Positions 54,209 to 64,000 are shown, counted from the first letter of the stretch. The stretch is DNA of 64,000 nucleotides from an uncultured virus (IMG/VR IMGVR_UViG_3300010412_000006) (IMGVR_UViG_3300010412_000006), one strand, 5' to 3'. The notes: generated by a model from the sequence alone, not told the origin. Translations and numbers: made by a program.

Positions 54209-55963
54209 ATGTACAAGAAAAAGTCAACTAAATCCGGCAATCCCGGACTCAGCCTCGGCGCCATGCTCGAGGAGGCCAGGGTCGATGTCGGGATATCCGA
54301 TATTCAGAGCGAAAGCGATGACGGAAAAATAGTTGACGTACTGACTTTCTGCGACAGTCCGAAGTACCTCAACCTTCCGGAAAGGGGATTCAATCTCTAC
54401 AGGGGGCAGAGGATCATACTGAAGATATTCTATCTCGGATCCCTCGGAAACGAGAACGTTGAGCTCAACGAAGACGACTGGGCATGGCTCGAGGAGAAAC
54501 AGCAGGCCAACGTCATCAAGAGGCTCAGGGCCAAACTTGACGGGGTCAACCCAGGCGACAGGCACAATTTCATATTCAAGGAACTTCACCTTGCCCTCGG
54601 ACGGCGGTCATCGAAGACTATCATGACATCAATAATCGTGACCTACGAGGCCTATAAGCTGATAATGCTCGGTGATCCCTATAAGCACTACGAGATACCC
54701 GAAGGTGAAGAAATCGCCATAATAAACGTCGCCAATTCGCAGAATCAGGCGAATCGTCTCTTCTCGCAGATAAAGGAGAGGATAAGAAAGGCTCCGTTCT
54801 TCAACGGCCGCGTGGACACCACTACGGCGTCGATGATAAGACTGTTTACCGATGTCGACCTTGCCAGGATGAAGGAGGCGGATACCAACATATCCGTCGA
54901 AGGATCCATAGTCCTCGTATGCGGCCACAGCAATCCGGACACTCTTCGCGGATATTCCGCCGCCGCCATAATGTTTGACGAGTTTGCGTTCTATGACGAG
55001 AACCCCAAGATATCCGGAAGGGGGTTCTACAACGCCCTCAAGCCGTCCATCGCCGCGTTTGACGCGAAGGGAGACGGAAGGCTTGTCGAGCTTTCGTCCG
55101 TCAACGGCATGTCCGGAATATTCTATGAGATATGGAGAAACGGGCAGAGTGACGAGGAGGCGTTCAGGGACATATTGTCGTTCAGGCTCGCCACATGGGA
55201 CATCAACGAGAAGCTGAGATACGACGGCGAATTCCTGACGAAGACAAGGATGCAGGATCCGGAAGCCTTCAATGTCGAGTACGGTTCCATGTGGAACACT
55301 TCCGGGGCGAGCAGGAAATTCTTCACAAGGGATCTCGTCGACAGTGCCGTATATCCCATGATGACCCAGCAGTATCAGGCAATGAAGGAATACAAGTACT
55401 ATGTCCATGTCGACCCGGCGTCGTCAAAGGACGCCTACTGTCTCGTCGTTGTTTACAGGGTTCCTTACGTCACTCCGAGGGGAGAGAAGAGATTCAAGAT
55501 AAATTTGGCCTATCACCAGATATGGAAGCCTGGACCCATGGGACTTGACTTCAAGGACATAGACGACCAGGTATTCGACATATGTAGGAGATTCAGGGCT
55601 GTTTCCGTGACCTATGATGTATGGAATTCCGTCCACAGCGTAGAATACTTGAGGAACAAGGGGCTAAGGGCCAGCAGGCTTCAGTTTTCAAGGTCGAACA
55701 AGGCCATGTTCTATTCCAACCTCGAGGATCTCATGAACAGGAGAGAGCTTTGCATGTATTACGACGAGACCATATACGGAGAGCTAATCAACTTGAGGTA
55801 TCAGCCGTCCATGAGGGGCATATCCATAGGAAAGGACGAAAAATCCGACTTTCCTACGGATGACCTCATAGACTGTCTTGCCGGTGCGGCGTGGATGGCC
55901 ATAGGAAGGGAGAAGAAGGACGCATTGCCCACGACTCTCATAGCGAATATGGGGCGTTTCTGA
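54209..55963 (+). CDS. terL: Terminase large subunit
   Basis: Walker A-like LGRRSSKT; INVANSQNQA; TLRGY; Walker B IMFDEFAF; RNase H-like YVHVDPA and TDDLIDCLAG. Confidence 0.9.
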   Translation: MYKKKSTKSGNPGLSLGAMLEEARVDVGISDIQSESDDGKIVDVLTFCDSPKYLNLPERGFNLYRGQRIILKIFYLGSLGNENVELNEDDWAWLEEKQQANVIKRLRAKLDGVNPGDRHNFIFKELHLALGRRSSKTIMTSIIVTYEAYKLIMLGDPYKHYEIPEGEEIAIINVANSQNQANRLFSQIKERIRKAPFFNGRVDTTTASMIRLFTDVDLARMKEADTNISVEGSIVLVCGHSNPDTLRGYSAAAIMFDEFAFYDENPKISGRGFYNALKPSIAAFDAKGDGRLVELSSVNGMSGIFYEIWRNGQSDEEAFRDILSFRLATWDINEKLRYDGEFLTKTRMQDPEAFNVEYGSMWNTSGASRKFFTRDLVDSAVYPMMTQQYQAMKEYKYYVHVDPASSKDAYCLVVVYRVPYVTPRGEKRFKINLAYHQIWKPGPMGLDFKDIDDQVFDICRRFRAVSVTYDVWNSVHSVEYLRNKGLRASRLQFSRSNKAMFYSNLEDLMNRRELCMYYDETIYGELINLRYQPSMRGISIGKDEKSDFPTDDLIDCLAGAAWMAIGREKKDALPTTLIANMGRF

Positions 55964-55981
55964 AGTTTATCCGTCCGACAT

Positions 55982-56011
55982 AGGATTTACGATTGAAAAA
56001 AATGTAAAATA
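55982..56011 (+). promoter_or_regulatory. AGG-N19-GTA candidate promoter
   Basis: AGG(55982)-19 nt-GTAAAATA upstream of 56085. Confidence 0.6.
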
Positions 56012-56084
56012 GTAGAAGTCCAGTTAACATCAAAATGCGGCATCTGGAACGTTTATGCCGTAAAAGGAATCCAGAGAGGTAAAT

Positions 56085-56474
56085 ATGTCGTATAATCATA
56101 AGTATGCGAAGGCCCAGAAGAAGCGTCAAGAATGGGAAGATCACACCGAGCGTCGTCTGAGAGACAACTTCGACTCGCTATCGAAAGATGTTGGTCGCAC
56201 CTATGAAGCCCTTCTTCAGGGGGAAAGATCGGAAAAGGAAAGAAAGACAACGACGGAAGACCAACTTGCTTCCCAGAGGTCTGATACCAGGCATGCCGTG
56301 ACCGAAAAGCTCATGGACACGTCTGAGGCCTCGTTCGGCAATGTCATGCGTAAGGCTCTTGAAACCGGAGAGATCCCCCCTCTTGAAGCAAAGAGGATGT
56401 CGGAGAATCCGGTTGAGAAAACCAAGTATGAGTCGGCCAACAAGAAGCCCAAGAAGGATCCGTCGAAGGAGTAG
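56085..56474 (+). CDS. Hypothetical protein with T-E-x-x-L/M repeats
   Basis: TERRL, TYEALL, TEDQL, TEKLM; GAGGT RBS. Confidence 0.65.
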   Translation: MSYNHKYAKAQKKRQEWEDHTERRLRDNFDSLSKDVGRTYEALLQGERSEKERKTTTEDQLASQRSDTRHAVTEKLMDTSEASFGNVMRKALETGEIPPLEAKRMSENPVEKTKYESANKKPKKDPSKE

Positions 56475-56477
56475 TAA

Positions 56478-56996
56478 ATGGTTCTTGTAAAAGTCGTGAA
56501 CGTGACAAAGTCAACCGTTCATGTCAGCAATCCGAGCACTGTGCTCGGCGCCGGCATGTCAATGATGATGACGGAAGAGGATCTTCAGTCCAACCGTGAG
56601 ATTCTTGGTGCGATATCCGCCAACATTCTCGAGGTGAGGGGAATCGATCCGGCCGATGCCGGCAAAAAAAACGAAAGCGAGTCGGTTGTCGAACAGGACG
56701 CAGATTCCATGAAGGAAATCGAGTCCGTAAGGTTCTCCGATGTTGATCTGGAATCCGATGCGGCAGGAGATTCGTCTTTCGTGAAATCCAGGAACGGCGT
56801 CATCCAGGTAGATCCGAAGACGGCGGAGAGCGTCGCATCCGAACCGCAGCCGGCAAAGGACAAGGAATACATTGACGGCATAGAGGTTCTCAGCCCAGTT
56901 GTCGACAAGACAGTCAAGGTTGGCGGTGTCGACATGGTCATCGATGACGACGGAGAACCTGAGTACGACGATGCTTTCGTGGATCCAAACATATGA
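56478..56996 (+). CDS. Hypothetical acidic protein
   Basis: 172 aa; AAGGAG RBS. Confidence 0.65.
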   Translation: MVLVKVVNVTKSTVHVSNPSTVLGAGMSMMMTEEDLQSNREILGAISANILEVRGIDPADAGKKNESESVVEQDADSMKEIESVRFSDVDLESDAAGDSSFVKSRNGVIQVDPKTAESVASEPQPAKDKEYIDGIEVLSPVVDKTVKVGGVDMVIDDDGEPEYDDAFVDPNI

Positions 56997-57004
56997 GGCC
57001 ATAA

Positions 57005-58039
57005 GTGAAAATAAAGGCATATAGGACGACGATGCCGATGAACGGCGGACTGTCTCCCGTGACGGACAAGACAAGGTGGAATCAGCCACAGCTTGGCGGC
57101 GAACCCAATTCCAAACAGAGGAAGATGTTCGACGAGACCATGGGCGGCGACCACAAGATGATCGGTCCCGATCCCGACGGCGTCAACTACGCCGTCGGCG
57201 GTCCGTTCTGGGGAGAATGGTCTAAGTCCGGGGTCGATGTACCGTATGCCGTCGAGATAGTCGTCATCGACATGGATGGAAAAGAGCACGTCTATGACGA
57301 CATGACAATGGAACAGGTCATGGAAGAGTGGGAGAAGAGCGGCAGGGAATACAAGATTATGGTAAGGAGGGAGAAGCGTAAGGTCGCTGCGATGACCGTC
57401 AACGCGGCTTCGTCCTCCATGGACATATCCTCGCTCGTGGCAAGCATACTGCCTGGATGTTTCAAAATAGAGGGCGAGTCCGCAAAGTACGGAAAGAAGG
57501 AAGTGGGATCTTGCTTTGCGGTGGCAGACGGCAAGTTCGTCACGTGTGCCCACGCGATAAGCAAGAAGAACGAGAACCCCGATGATATTTCGATATTCAT
57601 CATAGAGGGCGAGAACAGGCACAGGGCATATCCCATAGATGTCGACTACGACATGGACCTCGCCGTAGTCGAGTGCGATACGCTTCGTCATTTTCCGTTG
57701 CGGGTAAAGTCAATATCCGAAGTCCCGGTCGGTTCTGGAATAGCATGCGTAGGCAGTCCGTTCGGATACGACAACAATGTTTCCAGGGGAATAGTGTCTT
57801 CCAAGGGCAGGATCGTCGATGAGGAGGGTGCCATATCCTATTTCTTCATAGATCTTGCCGTTTATCCTGGCAATTCTGGAGGTCCTGTCGTCGACATATC
57901 TGACGGCAGGGTCATCGGCGTTGCCGCCGTAATAATTAACTCTGTCGGTAACTATGGGATCAATGCGGCGATTCCAATCGATTATGTCGTCAGGAGATTT
58001 TCTGACGTTGATTTTTCTTATGGAGGTAGTTTGAAATGA
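57005..58039 (+). CDS. Trypsin-like (HtrA/S1C-type) serine protease without PDZ, with N-terminal extension
   Basis: Catalytic triad FVTCAHAI (His), DLAVV (Asp), PGNSGGPV (Ser). Confidence 0.9.
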   Translation: MKIKAYRTTMPMNGGLSPVTDKTRWNQPQLGGEPNSKQRKMFDETMGGDHKMIGPDPDGVNYAVGGPFWGEWSKSGVDVPYAVEIVVIDMDGKEHVYDDMTMEQVMEEWEKSGREYKIMVRREKRKVAAMTVNAASSSMDISSLVASILPGCFKIEGESAKYGKKEVGSCFAVADGKFVTCAHAISKKNENPDDISIFIIEGENRHRAYPIDVDYDMDLAVVECDTLRHFPLRVKSISEVPVGSGIACVGSPFGYDNNVSRGIVSSKGRIVDEEGAISYFFIDLAVYPGNSGGPVVDISDGRVIGVAAVIINSVGNYGINAAIPIDYVVRRFSDVDFSYGGSLK

Positions 58040-58686
58040 ACATATTCAAGGTCTTGCCGGATGGCAGTTTCAGAAAAATAATGAATGACGACGACGTGTC
58101 GATGATAGTGCTTGCGGCAGTCGAACATGATGAAGTCAATAAGATACTCAAGCTGATCTCTGACGGGAAGATTGTCGTAAAGATAAAGTCGGACGACCAG
58201 GGCAATCCCATTTTTGACGTCAGGGTTCCCGACGGCGCCCATTTCAACTGGGCGAACGGTGAGGACGTGCAGCTCATGCTTGACCTTATCATGATGGAGA
58301 TTGCCGACGCATTTGACGGAATGCTCGGAGATCCAAACAATAAGGTGAGCATCGAATCTGCCAAGGTGAGGATATGGGCCGAAAGCGCCAATTCCAACCT
58401 GTACGAATCGGAGATCATGGACGCCATAGAGAAGATATCTTCCGGGCAGATGGCGAGAGAGCTCCAGAAGCAGCAACTCGGCGATGATATTCTCGACTTC
58501 GACGACGAGGAATACGTCTATGTGGAAAAAGACAAAGACAGCGACACGACAAGGACGACGACCCGTTCCGAAGCTCCGGCTCCGCACGTGGAAGGCGAAC
58601 CTCCGGTCGCTCAGCCAACATGCACCGGCCCATCGTGCCGTCCAGAGACGCAGAGGCAGAGGAACAGCCCCGAAAGAACCACCTGA
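58036..58686 (+). CDS. Hypothetical protein
   Basis: 216 aa; ATGA overlap. Confidence 0.65.
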   Translation: MNIFKVLPDGSFRKIMNDDDVSMIVLAAVEHDEVNKILKLISDGKIVVKIKSDDQGNPIFDVRVPDGAHFNWANGEDVQLMLDLIMMEIADAFDGMLGDPNNKVSIESAKVRIWAESANSNLYESEIMDAIEKISSGQMARELQKQQLGDDILDFDDEEYVYVEKDKDSDTTRTTTRSEAPAPHVEGEPPVAQPTCTGPSCRPETQRQRNSPERTT

Positions 58687-58709
58687 TAAATCATACCGGA
58701 GGTCTTCAT

Positions 58710-61061
58710 ATGGAAGACGGCATTGTAGATAAGATCATTCCAAACATAGAGGGGAACATAGGCGGCCCTCAGGTTTCCTATGAGGAGATAGGCTCTGTCC
58801 TGTCGCAGGCCGACGAGGCCATGGCCCTTGTCCGATCATCCTCCTATGCGGATAATCTTAGCAACATAGCCTACATCTACAATTCCACGGAATCAGGGGC
58901 GTTCGGCGTATTCGACCCGAACATAGACAGGAGCGTGAAGGTCAAGATAGTCGAGGAGAAAATGCGTTCCATGGGATATGAGACTGATCTGCGCGACGGC
59001 CATCTCTATGCGTGGACGCCCGGTAAGGACGCTTCAGAAGTGAGGGAACAGATGGAAAAGCTGTATTCCGATCTCGACTTGAAGGGCGGTCTGGTAATAG
59101 GCATAAACGCCTCCAAGATAATGGACGTTTCAAGGCGCAACTTGATGGACCTGGAATCCGAATTCTCAGGAGACGACAGGTATCTTCCGATAGATTCGAA
59201 GGACCTCGACCAGATGATAGCCATACATCTGGGATCGACGATAGTCCACGAGAGCGTCCATGCTCTCGGAGACAAGGGGGAGGCGGGGCCGATAGCGGCC
59301 CAGAACGCATGGATAGCGGAAGTCCTTCCAAAAATAAATTCAATGAGGCAGTCGGAAGGGAGAATTCCACTCGAGCTTAGCGGCGAAACCTATACGGCCT
59401 CCTCGAGAAGGAAGCTTATCACGGCCCAAACTTCAGGATTTCTGGACAGCGTCCTCCCTGAGATTCTGCTGAACAAGGACAGGGGCCCCGATCCTCTGTG
59501 GCATGTCGACAGGGAAATTCACGATTCCATGGAGACCATGCTGTCGAAGAACACGCATTCTCCGATAGACGGAAGCTTCATAACGGAGAAAGAGCTGGAA
59601 ATAGACAGGAAAGACAAGGAAAGCCGGTACATGATCATAGAGGATCTCCTAGAGGAGGACAGGCCTCATCCGATCATAGTTCCAATGAAGAAGAGCGCTG
59701 GCATAAACTCCAACATAGGCGGACCGTTCATATCCAGCCCGTTTTCCGTGGACGAGATGCTTCCGAGGGTTCTCGACGGGACAGGGATACAGGACAAGAT
59801 AGACTACAAGGAGGGTGAGGATCCGTATTGGCACTACAGGTACAAGCCAGAAAACCGTCACCTTGAAAGGGACAGATTCGGGAGAATGACTTACGTCTAC
59901 GACGCAAGGATAGAGATCATCGACTACGACAACAACTATCCGGCCTCGTGGGATTCCCTGTTCAGGGAGGACATCGTCGTCGGACCGTGGAGAAGGATGG
60001 GGTCGGTGGACGATTCGATGGACAGGAAGAACAGGTCGATCGCGGCCATAAGGACCATCGGATACTACAAGAACATGGTCAATTCAGGACAGAAGAACGC
60101 CGTCAGGTTCATTTGCGACAGGGACATATCCGACAATGTCCTCGCCATGCTTTCCGATTCGATGACGGCCGTATTCGACCACGGAGACGAGAAGGTCATG
60201 TGGATATTCTCGAAGGACGTGACGAGAGAGAAGCTAGTCGAGATAGAGTCCGCCATAATCGAGGGAAGGGATACCGAGATGGTCAACGAGTTCATGGGGA
60301 CGGAAGACGAGATAAAGAGACGCATAAGCGCCATAATAGAGAAGGCCGCATCGGTGTCGCGCGAGCATGGAATATCAGGAGTATACATAGTCGGAGGATT
60401 TCCTAGAGTGCTGGCAGGAAGCAGGGACTTTCTCGACGTGAACGATCTCGACTTCACTTCTGGAAATCCCGGGGAGTGCCTCAAGCTCGGAGGACTAATC
60501 GCTTCCGAATTCAATGTCGACGCGTCAATATACCACAGGACAATGACGATGAGCTTCGAGGTTCTCGGCATAAAGTCAGACTTCAGGGGAAACTTCGTCG
60601 TTCCAGGAGTGAGGGAGCTGATGCGTAGTTCTGGAATAAGGGTGACGCCGCTGAACTACGACATATATGCGAGGGACTTCACCGTAAACAGCCTCCTCTA
60701 TGATTTTGTCGAGAACAAGATATACGACATCACGGGGAACGGACTGAGGGATCTTGAGATGAAGATCCTGAGGACGCATTTCGATCCCATGGAAGTCATT
60801 CCGATAAATCCCCTCATAATCACGAGGGCAATCATAATGAACATGCGGGGGTTCATGATCGACGACGTCCTGTACGAGTCGATGAAGAAGCTTTCAGGAA
60901 AGATTTTCGATTCGGACATATCCGAATTGAGGCTGGCTTATGAGTGTGACAAGATCATGTCTTATGAGGATGGCGATTACATGTTGAAGGAATTTGGTCT
61001 TGAGAAACTGAAGGATATCAGCAGAAAGGCTAAGAGAGAAAATCCGGAACTTTTTAAGTAG
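58710..61061 (+). CDS. Zincin domain fused to a class II (CCA-adding/poly(A) polymerase family) nucleotidyltransferase
   Basis: Start moved to the ATG at 58710 (GGAGG); IVHESVHALG; YIVGGFPR, NDLDF, ARDFTVNSL, GLRDL. Confidence 0.8.
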   Translation: MEDGIVDKIIPNIEGNIGGPQVSYEEIGSVLSQADEAMALVRSSSYADNLSNIAYIYNSTESGAFGVFDPNIDRSVKVKIVEEKMRSMGYETDLRDGHLYAWTPGKDASEVREQMEKLYSDLDLKGGLVIGINASKIMDVSRRNLMDLESEFSGDDRYLPIDSKDLDQMIAIHLGSTIVHESVHALGDKGEAGPIAAQNAWIAEVLPKINSMRQSEGRIPLELSGETYTASSRRKLITAQTSGFLDSVLPEILLNKDRGPDPLWHVDREIHDSMETMLSKNTHSPIDGSFITEKELEIDRKDKESRYMIIEDLLEEDRPHPIIVPMKKSAGINSNIGGPFISSPFSVDEMLPRVLDGTGIQDKIDYKEGEDPYWHYRYKPENRHLERDRFGRMTYVYDARIEIIDYDNNYPASWDSLFREDIVVGPWRRMGSVDDSMDRKNRSIAAIRTIGYYKNMVNSGQKNAVRFICDRDISDNVLAMLSDSMTAVFDHGDEKVMWIFSKDVTREKLVEIESAIIEGRDTEMVNEFMGTEDEIKRRISAIIEKAASVSREHGISGVYIVGGFPRVLAGSRDFLDVNDLDFTSGNPGECLKLGGLIASEFNVDASIYHRTMTMSFEVLGIKSDFRGNFVVPGVRELMRSSGIRVTPLNYDIYARDFTVNSLLYDFVENKIYDITGNGLRDLEMKILRTHFDPMEVIPINPLIITRAIIMNMRGFMIDDVLYESMKKLSGKIFDSDISELRLAYECDKIMSYEDGDYMLKEFGLEKLKDISRKAKRENPELFK

Positions 61062-61072
61062 GAGGACATGAT

Positions 61073-61537
61073 ATGCCGGTACCCATATTACCGATGAATT
61101 TCAAGAAGGAAGACGACAGCCAGCCGATGATGGAAGGCCCCGACTACATGGGCATAAATGTCGAGATGCTCAGCGGCGTCATAAGGACTCAGAAATCGAA
61201 CTCCAACATCAAGGTGAGCGACAGCGACGCGAGCCTTCTGTTCAGGTTCTGGCAGGAAGGAAAGGCTACGAAGACTGGGAGCGTCGAATCCATCGAGGTT
61301 CCTGAGAAATTTTCCGACAACGACGTATTGAGGCTCAAGGCGCTTGGTTTTGTCGTCGGCGACGACACGAAGGTCGTGAAGCTTACCCAGAGGGCAAAGA
61401 GCGTAATAAAGACCATTGTCCTCAATGAGGAGAACAAATTCGAGTCAACAAGGGTCCACAAACCGTACAACGAGATTCTCGCGGATAGCAAGAAAAACAA
61501 TGGCAAGATAAGGCTGGCCTTGGAAGACAAGAAATGA
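61073..61537 (+). CDS. Hypothetical protein, possibly winged-helix-like
   Basis: VLRLKALGFV...VKLTQRAK; GGAGG RBS. Confidence 0.55.
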   Translation: MPVPILPMNFKKEDDSQPMMEGPDYMGINVEMLSGVIRTQKSNSNIKVSDSDASLLFRFWQEGKATKTGSVESIEVPEKFSDNDVLRLKALGFVVGDDTKVVKLTQRAKSVIKTIVLNEENKFESTRVHKPYNEILADSKKNNGKIRLALEDKK

Positions 61538-62520
61538 AAAGACTGTATGTAGAAATTGCCGACGACGACGAAAAGAGATCCATGGGTCTCATGTTTCGCG
61601 ACAGGATTGCGTCCGACCACGGCATGCTCTTCGTATTCGGCAGCCATCGCCCCATGTCTTTCTGGATGAAATACACGCCCGTCCCTCTTGACATCGCCTT
61701 TCTCGATGATGATTTCAACATTGTCGAAATAAAGGAGATGGTTCCGTATTCGACAAAGTCAGTGAAGTCGGCCGGCAAGCACAGGTACGCTCTTGAAGTC
61801 AATCACGGATGGTTTGAGGAAAACGGGATAGGAATCGGCTCGAAACTCAAGACTGCCAGAATGATATCGTTCGAAGAGGATATTCCGACAGGGCCGACGG
61901 AACAGCCTCCTCCTGTAGAAATTCCTCCGACAGGCGGTCCGGAAGTCAAGGACGTTAAGAAAACAGAGCCGCCTAAAGACGTGGCGGTCGTTCTGTCATT
62001 CAAGGAAGCGGCGAAAGTGGCGGAGATGAACGATCTTGCCATAGCCATTAGATATCGGTTCGACGAAGGAGGTGAGAGATCGTACCTTCTTCTTCCGGAC
62101 GACGGCTATGATATGGTTCCCGGAAGGGAAAAAGAGATTGTCAAGGCAAGGCATAAGCACAGCGGCGGAGTTCCGTGGAATTTCATAATAGATAATATTA
62201 TAAAACACGACTTGTATTACAAGAAAGACGGAACATGGGTTCGTATCGAAAATCCGGCGCCAGATGTCATGGGTGAAGATTTTTCTCTTGTCGCCGCTAA
62301 AAGCTCTCCCGTCGTCAAGCTGTCTGCCGAAGATCTTGTCATGACGAAGGAGTCTCAGTCGTATTCCGACGGCGGTCAGCTGATGATGACCGAATATTGG
62401 GACGACATAAAGAAAAGAAAAGGAAGTGGAAAGACAGAAGGTCAGGCGATACTTGATTACCTTGCTGAGAACAGCAAGAGGAATTCTCCCAAAAAGAGAA
62501 AACGCCGAAAGAAAAAGTAG
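61534..62520 (+). CDS. DUF192 domain protein with C-terminal WYL-like segment
   Basis: VEIAD...GLMFR...GMLFVF...FWMK.T..PLDIAF...YALEVN.GWF; then IAIRY...GGERS...P...VKARH...WNFIIDNI. Confidence 0.75.
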   Translation: MKRLYVEIADDDEKRSMGLMFRDRIASDHGMLFVFGSHRPMSFWMKYTPVPLDIAFLDDDFNIVEIKEMVPYSTKSVKSAGKHRYALEVNHGWFEENGIGIGSKLKTARMISFEEDIPTGPTEQPPPVEIPPTGGPEVKDVKKTEPPKDVAVVLSFKEAAKVAEMNDLAIAIRYRFDEGGERSYLLLPDDGYDMVPGREKEIVKARHKHSGGVPWNFIIDNIIKHDLYYKKDGTWVRIENPAPDVMGEDFSLVAAKSSPVVKLSAEDLVMTKESQSYSDGGQLMMTEYWDDIKKRKGSGKTEGQAILDYLAENSKRNSPKKRKRRKKK

Positions 62521-62551
62521 GTGTCGTTCCCTGGTCTTCGGCGGAGTATAA

Positions 62552-64000
62552 ATGGCTAATCTATTCGGAGAGTGGCGTGCAAACATAGTCCTTCCTGGCG
62601 CTGATGCCACGGAAGTGATTCCTCGCGAGCAGGACAGGCACCTGTTCGACGCAGGGAATCCGGAAACGGATCAGATAACTCATCACATGAGATCTGATCT
62701 GATTCATTCTCCGGTAAATCCGGTCATCGGCGGTGGATCCGATCTTTCCGTCGTGGGAATGTCAGCCAGAAAGACCAGTGTAAAAGCCGGGGAAGTCGCC
62801 TTCGCCGCAATACCTGCCGTCTATTCGTCATCGTCATCAAAAAGTTCGTCAAGTTCAGAATCTTCAAGTTCAAGCTTTAGTTCGAGCGATACAGGAGGAG
62901 ACGGGAAGAACAACTGGCTCTACGGGGTTTGCCCAGCCGTCTCGAGTTCCTCGTCATCATCCCCCATCGACAACCATCTTTACTCCAACGGTACGGAAAT
63001 ATTTGTGCTTCCTGCAAATTACGGGCCGGCAGTGAAGGTGCGTGATGTCGGGTGTCTTTTATATGTCGGACCAACCAATCAATCTGGAACAGTTGATCCA
63101 TCTGACATTTTGTCGGGATTTGAAACTCTTGAAGATTGTGAATTTGAACAAATCGTCATAGTCCCACCCTCCGGAGGAGGTTTCACGAGTTCTGGCGAGA
63201 CCTTTTTTGGCGATCCTCATCTTGTCATATTTGGACAGGCATCGGCAGATGCGTCTTGGGCGACATTCCTTTCGCTGGAGAATTCGGCCTTGTTTGCTCC
63301 GTTCAATGTGGACGATAATTCTTCCGATAACCTTATACATTACTATGTCGCCAAGAATGAAAACGATGGGACATGGGTAAATGTAATGTACGCCTGTAAG
63401 GAGTTTTCCTTCACTCTGACAGAATCGGGCTCCGTGGGAAGGGCGCTGTCGACGGTGGTCGTTGAAACGGAAAGCTTTCGACACATATACATGGTAGAAG
63501 GCTGTGACAATCGCAGCGTACTGTGGAAAAGATGTTCGGACGGTGTTCCCGTGGCGACATCCACTCCGGGTCGCATATCAACCGGGGCCGCCCTTCTCTG
63601 TCTTGACGGCGTCTATACGCCATGCTTCAGTGACGGACATGTCATTAATGCGCCAACCGATCCAGTATTCATAGAAGCCCCGGATTGCCCGGCCGCAGTG
63701 GCCCACCCCATGGCTGGACAGGCATGTCCTAACAGTACCAGTTCCATAACTGAAGAAGAAATCGTTTTGTGCATAGCGTCTACAGTGGTGACGCTTTCTG
63801 CTGATGGCGGAGAGCCTGTGCCGACTACCGGAGACACATATGATCTTGGCGGAGCCGAAATAACCGTTTCGACAAGGTCGGTTAGCGGTCTTGATTGCGA
63901 AGCCATTGGTGACTTCACTTTTCTTGAACTTGATATCGTAGTAAGGCAGGGCGGAGTCGCCGGCACACCCATTGGCTTGTTCGACAATACTCATATGGGG
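62552..64000 (+). CDS. Ser-rich, Cys-containing protein with GDPH (vWD-like) motif; runs off the window end
   Basis: Absent from the ORF track. ATG at 62552 after GGAG; MANLFGEWRANIV...; open for 483 codons to 64000; poly-Ser linkers; TFFGDPHL at 63200-63223. Confidence 0.8.
   Translation, partial: MANLFGEWRANIVLPGADATEVIPREQDRHLFDAGNPETDQITHHMRSDLIHSPVNPVIGGGSDLSVVGMSARKTSVKAGEVAFAAIPAVYSSSSSKSSSSSESSSSSFSSSDTGGDGKNNWLYGVCPAVSSSSSSSPIDNHLYSNGTEIFVLPANYGPAVKVRDVGCLLYVGPTNQSGTVDPSDILSGFETLEDCEFEQIVIVPPSGGGFTSSGETFFGDPHLVIFGQASADASWATFLSLENSALFAPFNVDDNSSDNLIHYYVAKNENDGTWVNVMYACKEFSFTLTESGSVGRALSTVVVETESFRHIYMVEGCDNRSVLWKRCSDGVPVATSTPGRISTGAALLCLDGVYTPCFSDGHVINAPTDPVFIEAPDCPAAVAHPMAGQACPNSTSSITEEEIVLCIASTVVTLSADGGEPVPTTGDTYDLGGAEITVSTRSVSGLDCEAIGDFTFLELDIVVRQGGVAGTPIGLFDNTHMG

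Noticed and set aside
54209..55963. Intein or intron in terminase; inactivation by GRRSSKT
   Set aside because: Continuous 584-aa ORF with no splicing motifs; deviant Walker A motifs are common in terminases and the other motifs are intact
56585..57691. 368-aa minus-strand ORF
   Set aside because: Antisense to two well-supported plus-strand genes, including the protease; no motifs
62877..63994. Minus-strand ORFs at the window end
   Set aside because: Shadows of the uninterrupted plus-strand ORF starting at 62552

Overview
This window looks like part of a large tailed (jumbo-type) bacteriophage genome in the standard genetic code. It has dense, operon-like ORFs, a large terminase subunit (54209-55963), and no host housekeeping genes, rRNA, recognisable tRNA or CRISPR array. 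Left to right: (i) 1-2211, tandem paralogous structural genes and a lectin-like adhesin on the minus strand; (ii) 2478-22886, large novel proteins, many with zincin (HExxH), ADP-ribosyltransferase-like or 'KWC' domains and a shared [KR]-x-[AS]-[SQA] motif at N-termini and domain junctions, plus a vWA protein; (iii) 22849-41503, a fibre module with two Gly-X-Thr collagen-like proteins and a LamG/ConA-like family with conserved ends and variable cores; (iv) 41503-52904, a SET-domain, methyltransferase and glycosyltransferase cluster interrupted by a PAS protein, an RdgC-like gene, a palindrome-rich AT-rich intergenic region (candidate origin) and an ABC/SMC-type ATPase; (v) 52907-64000, terminase, a trypsin-like protease, a zincin-nucleotidyltransferase fusion, a DUF192 fusion and a truncated GDPH-containing protein. 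A bipartite motif, AGG-N19-G[AT]A, recurs upstream of at least 10 transcription units and is a candidate phage late promoter. All family assignments were made by eye from motifs; no searches were run.
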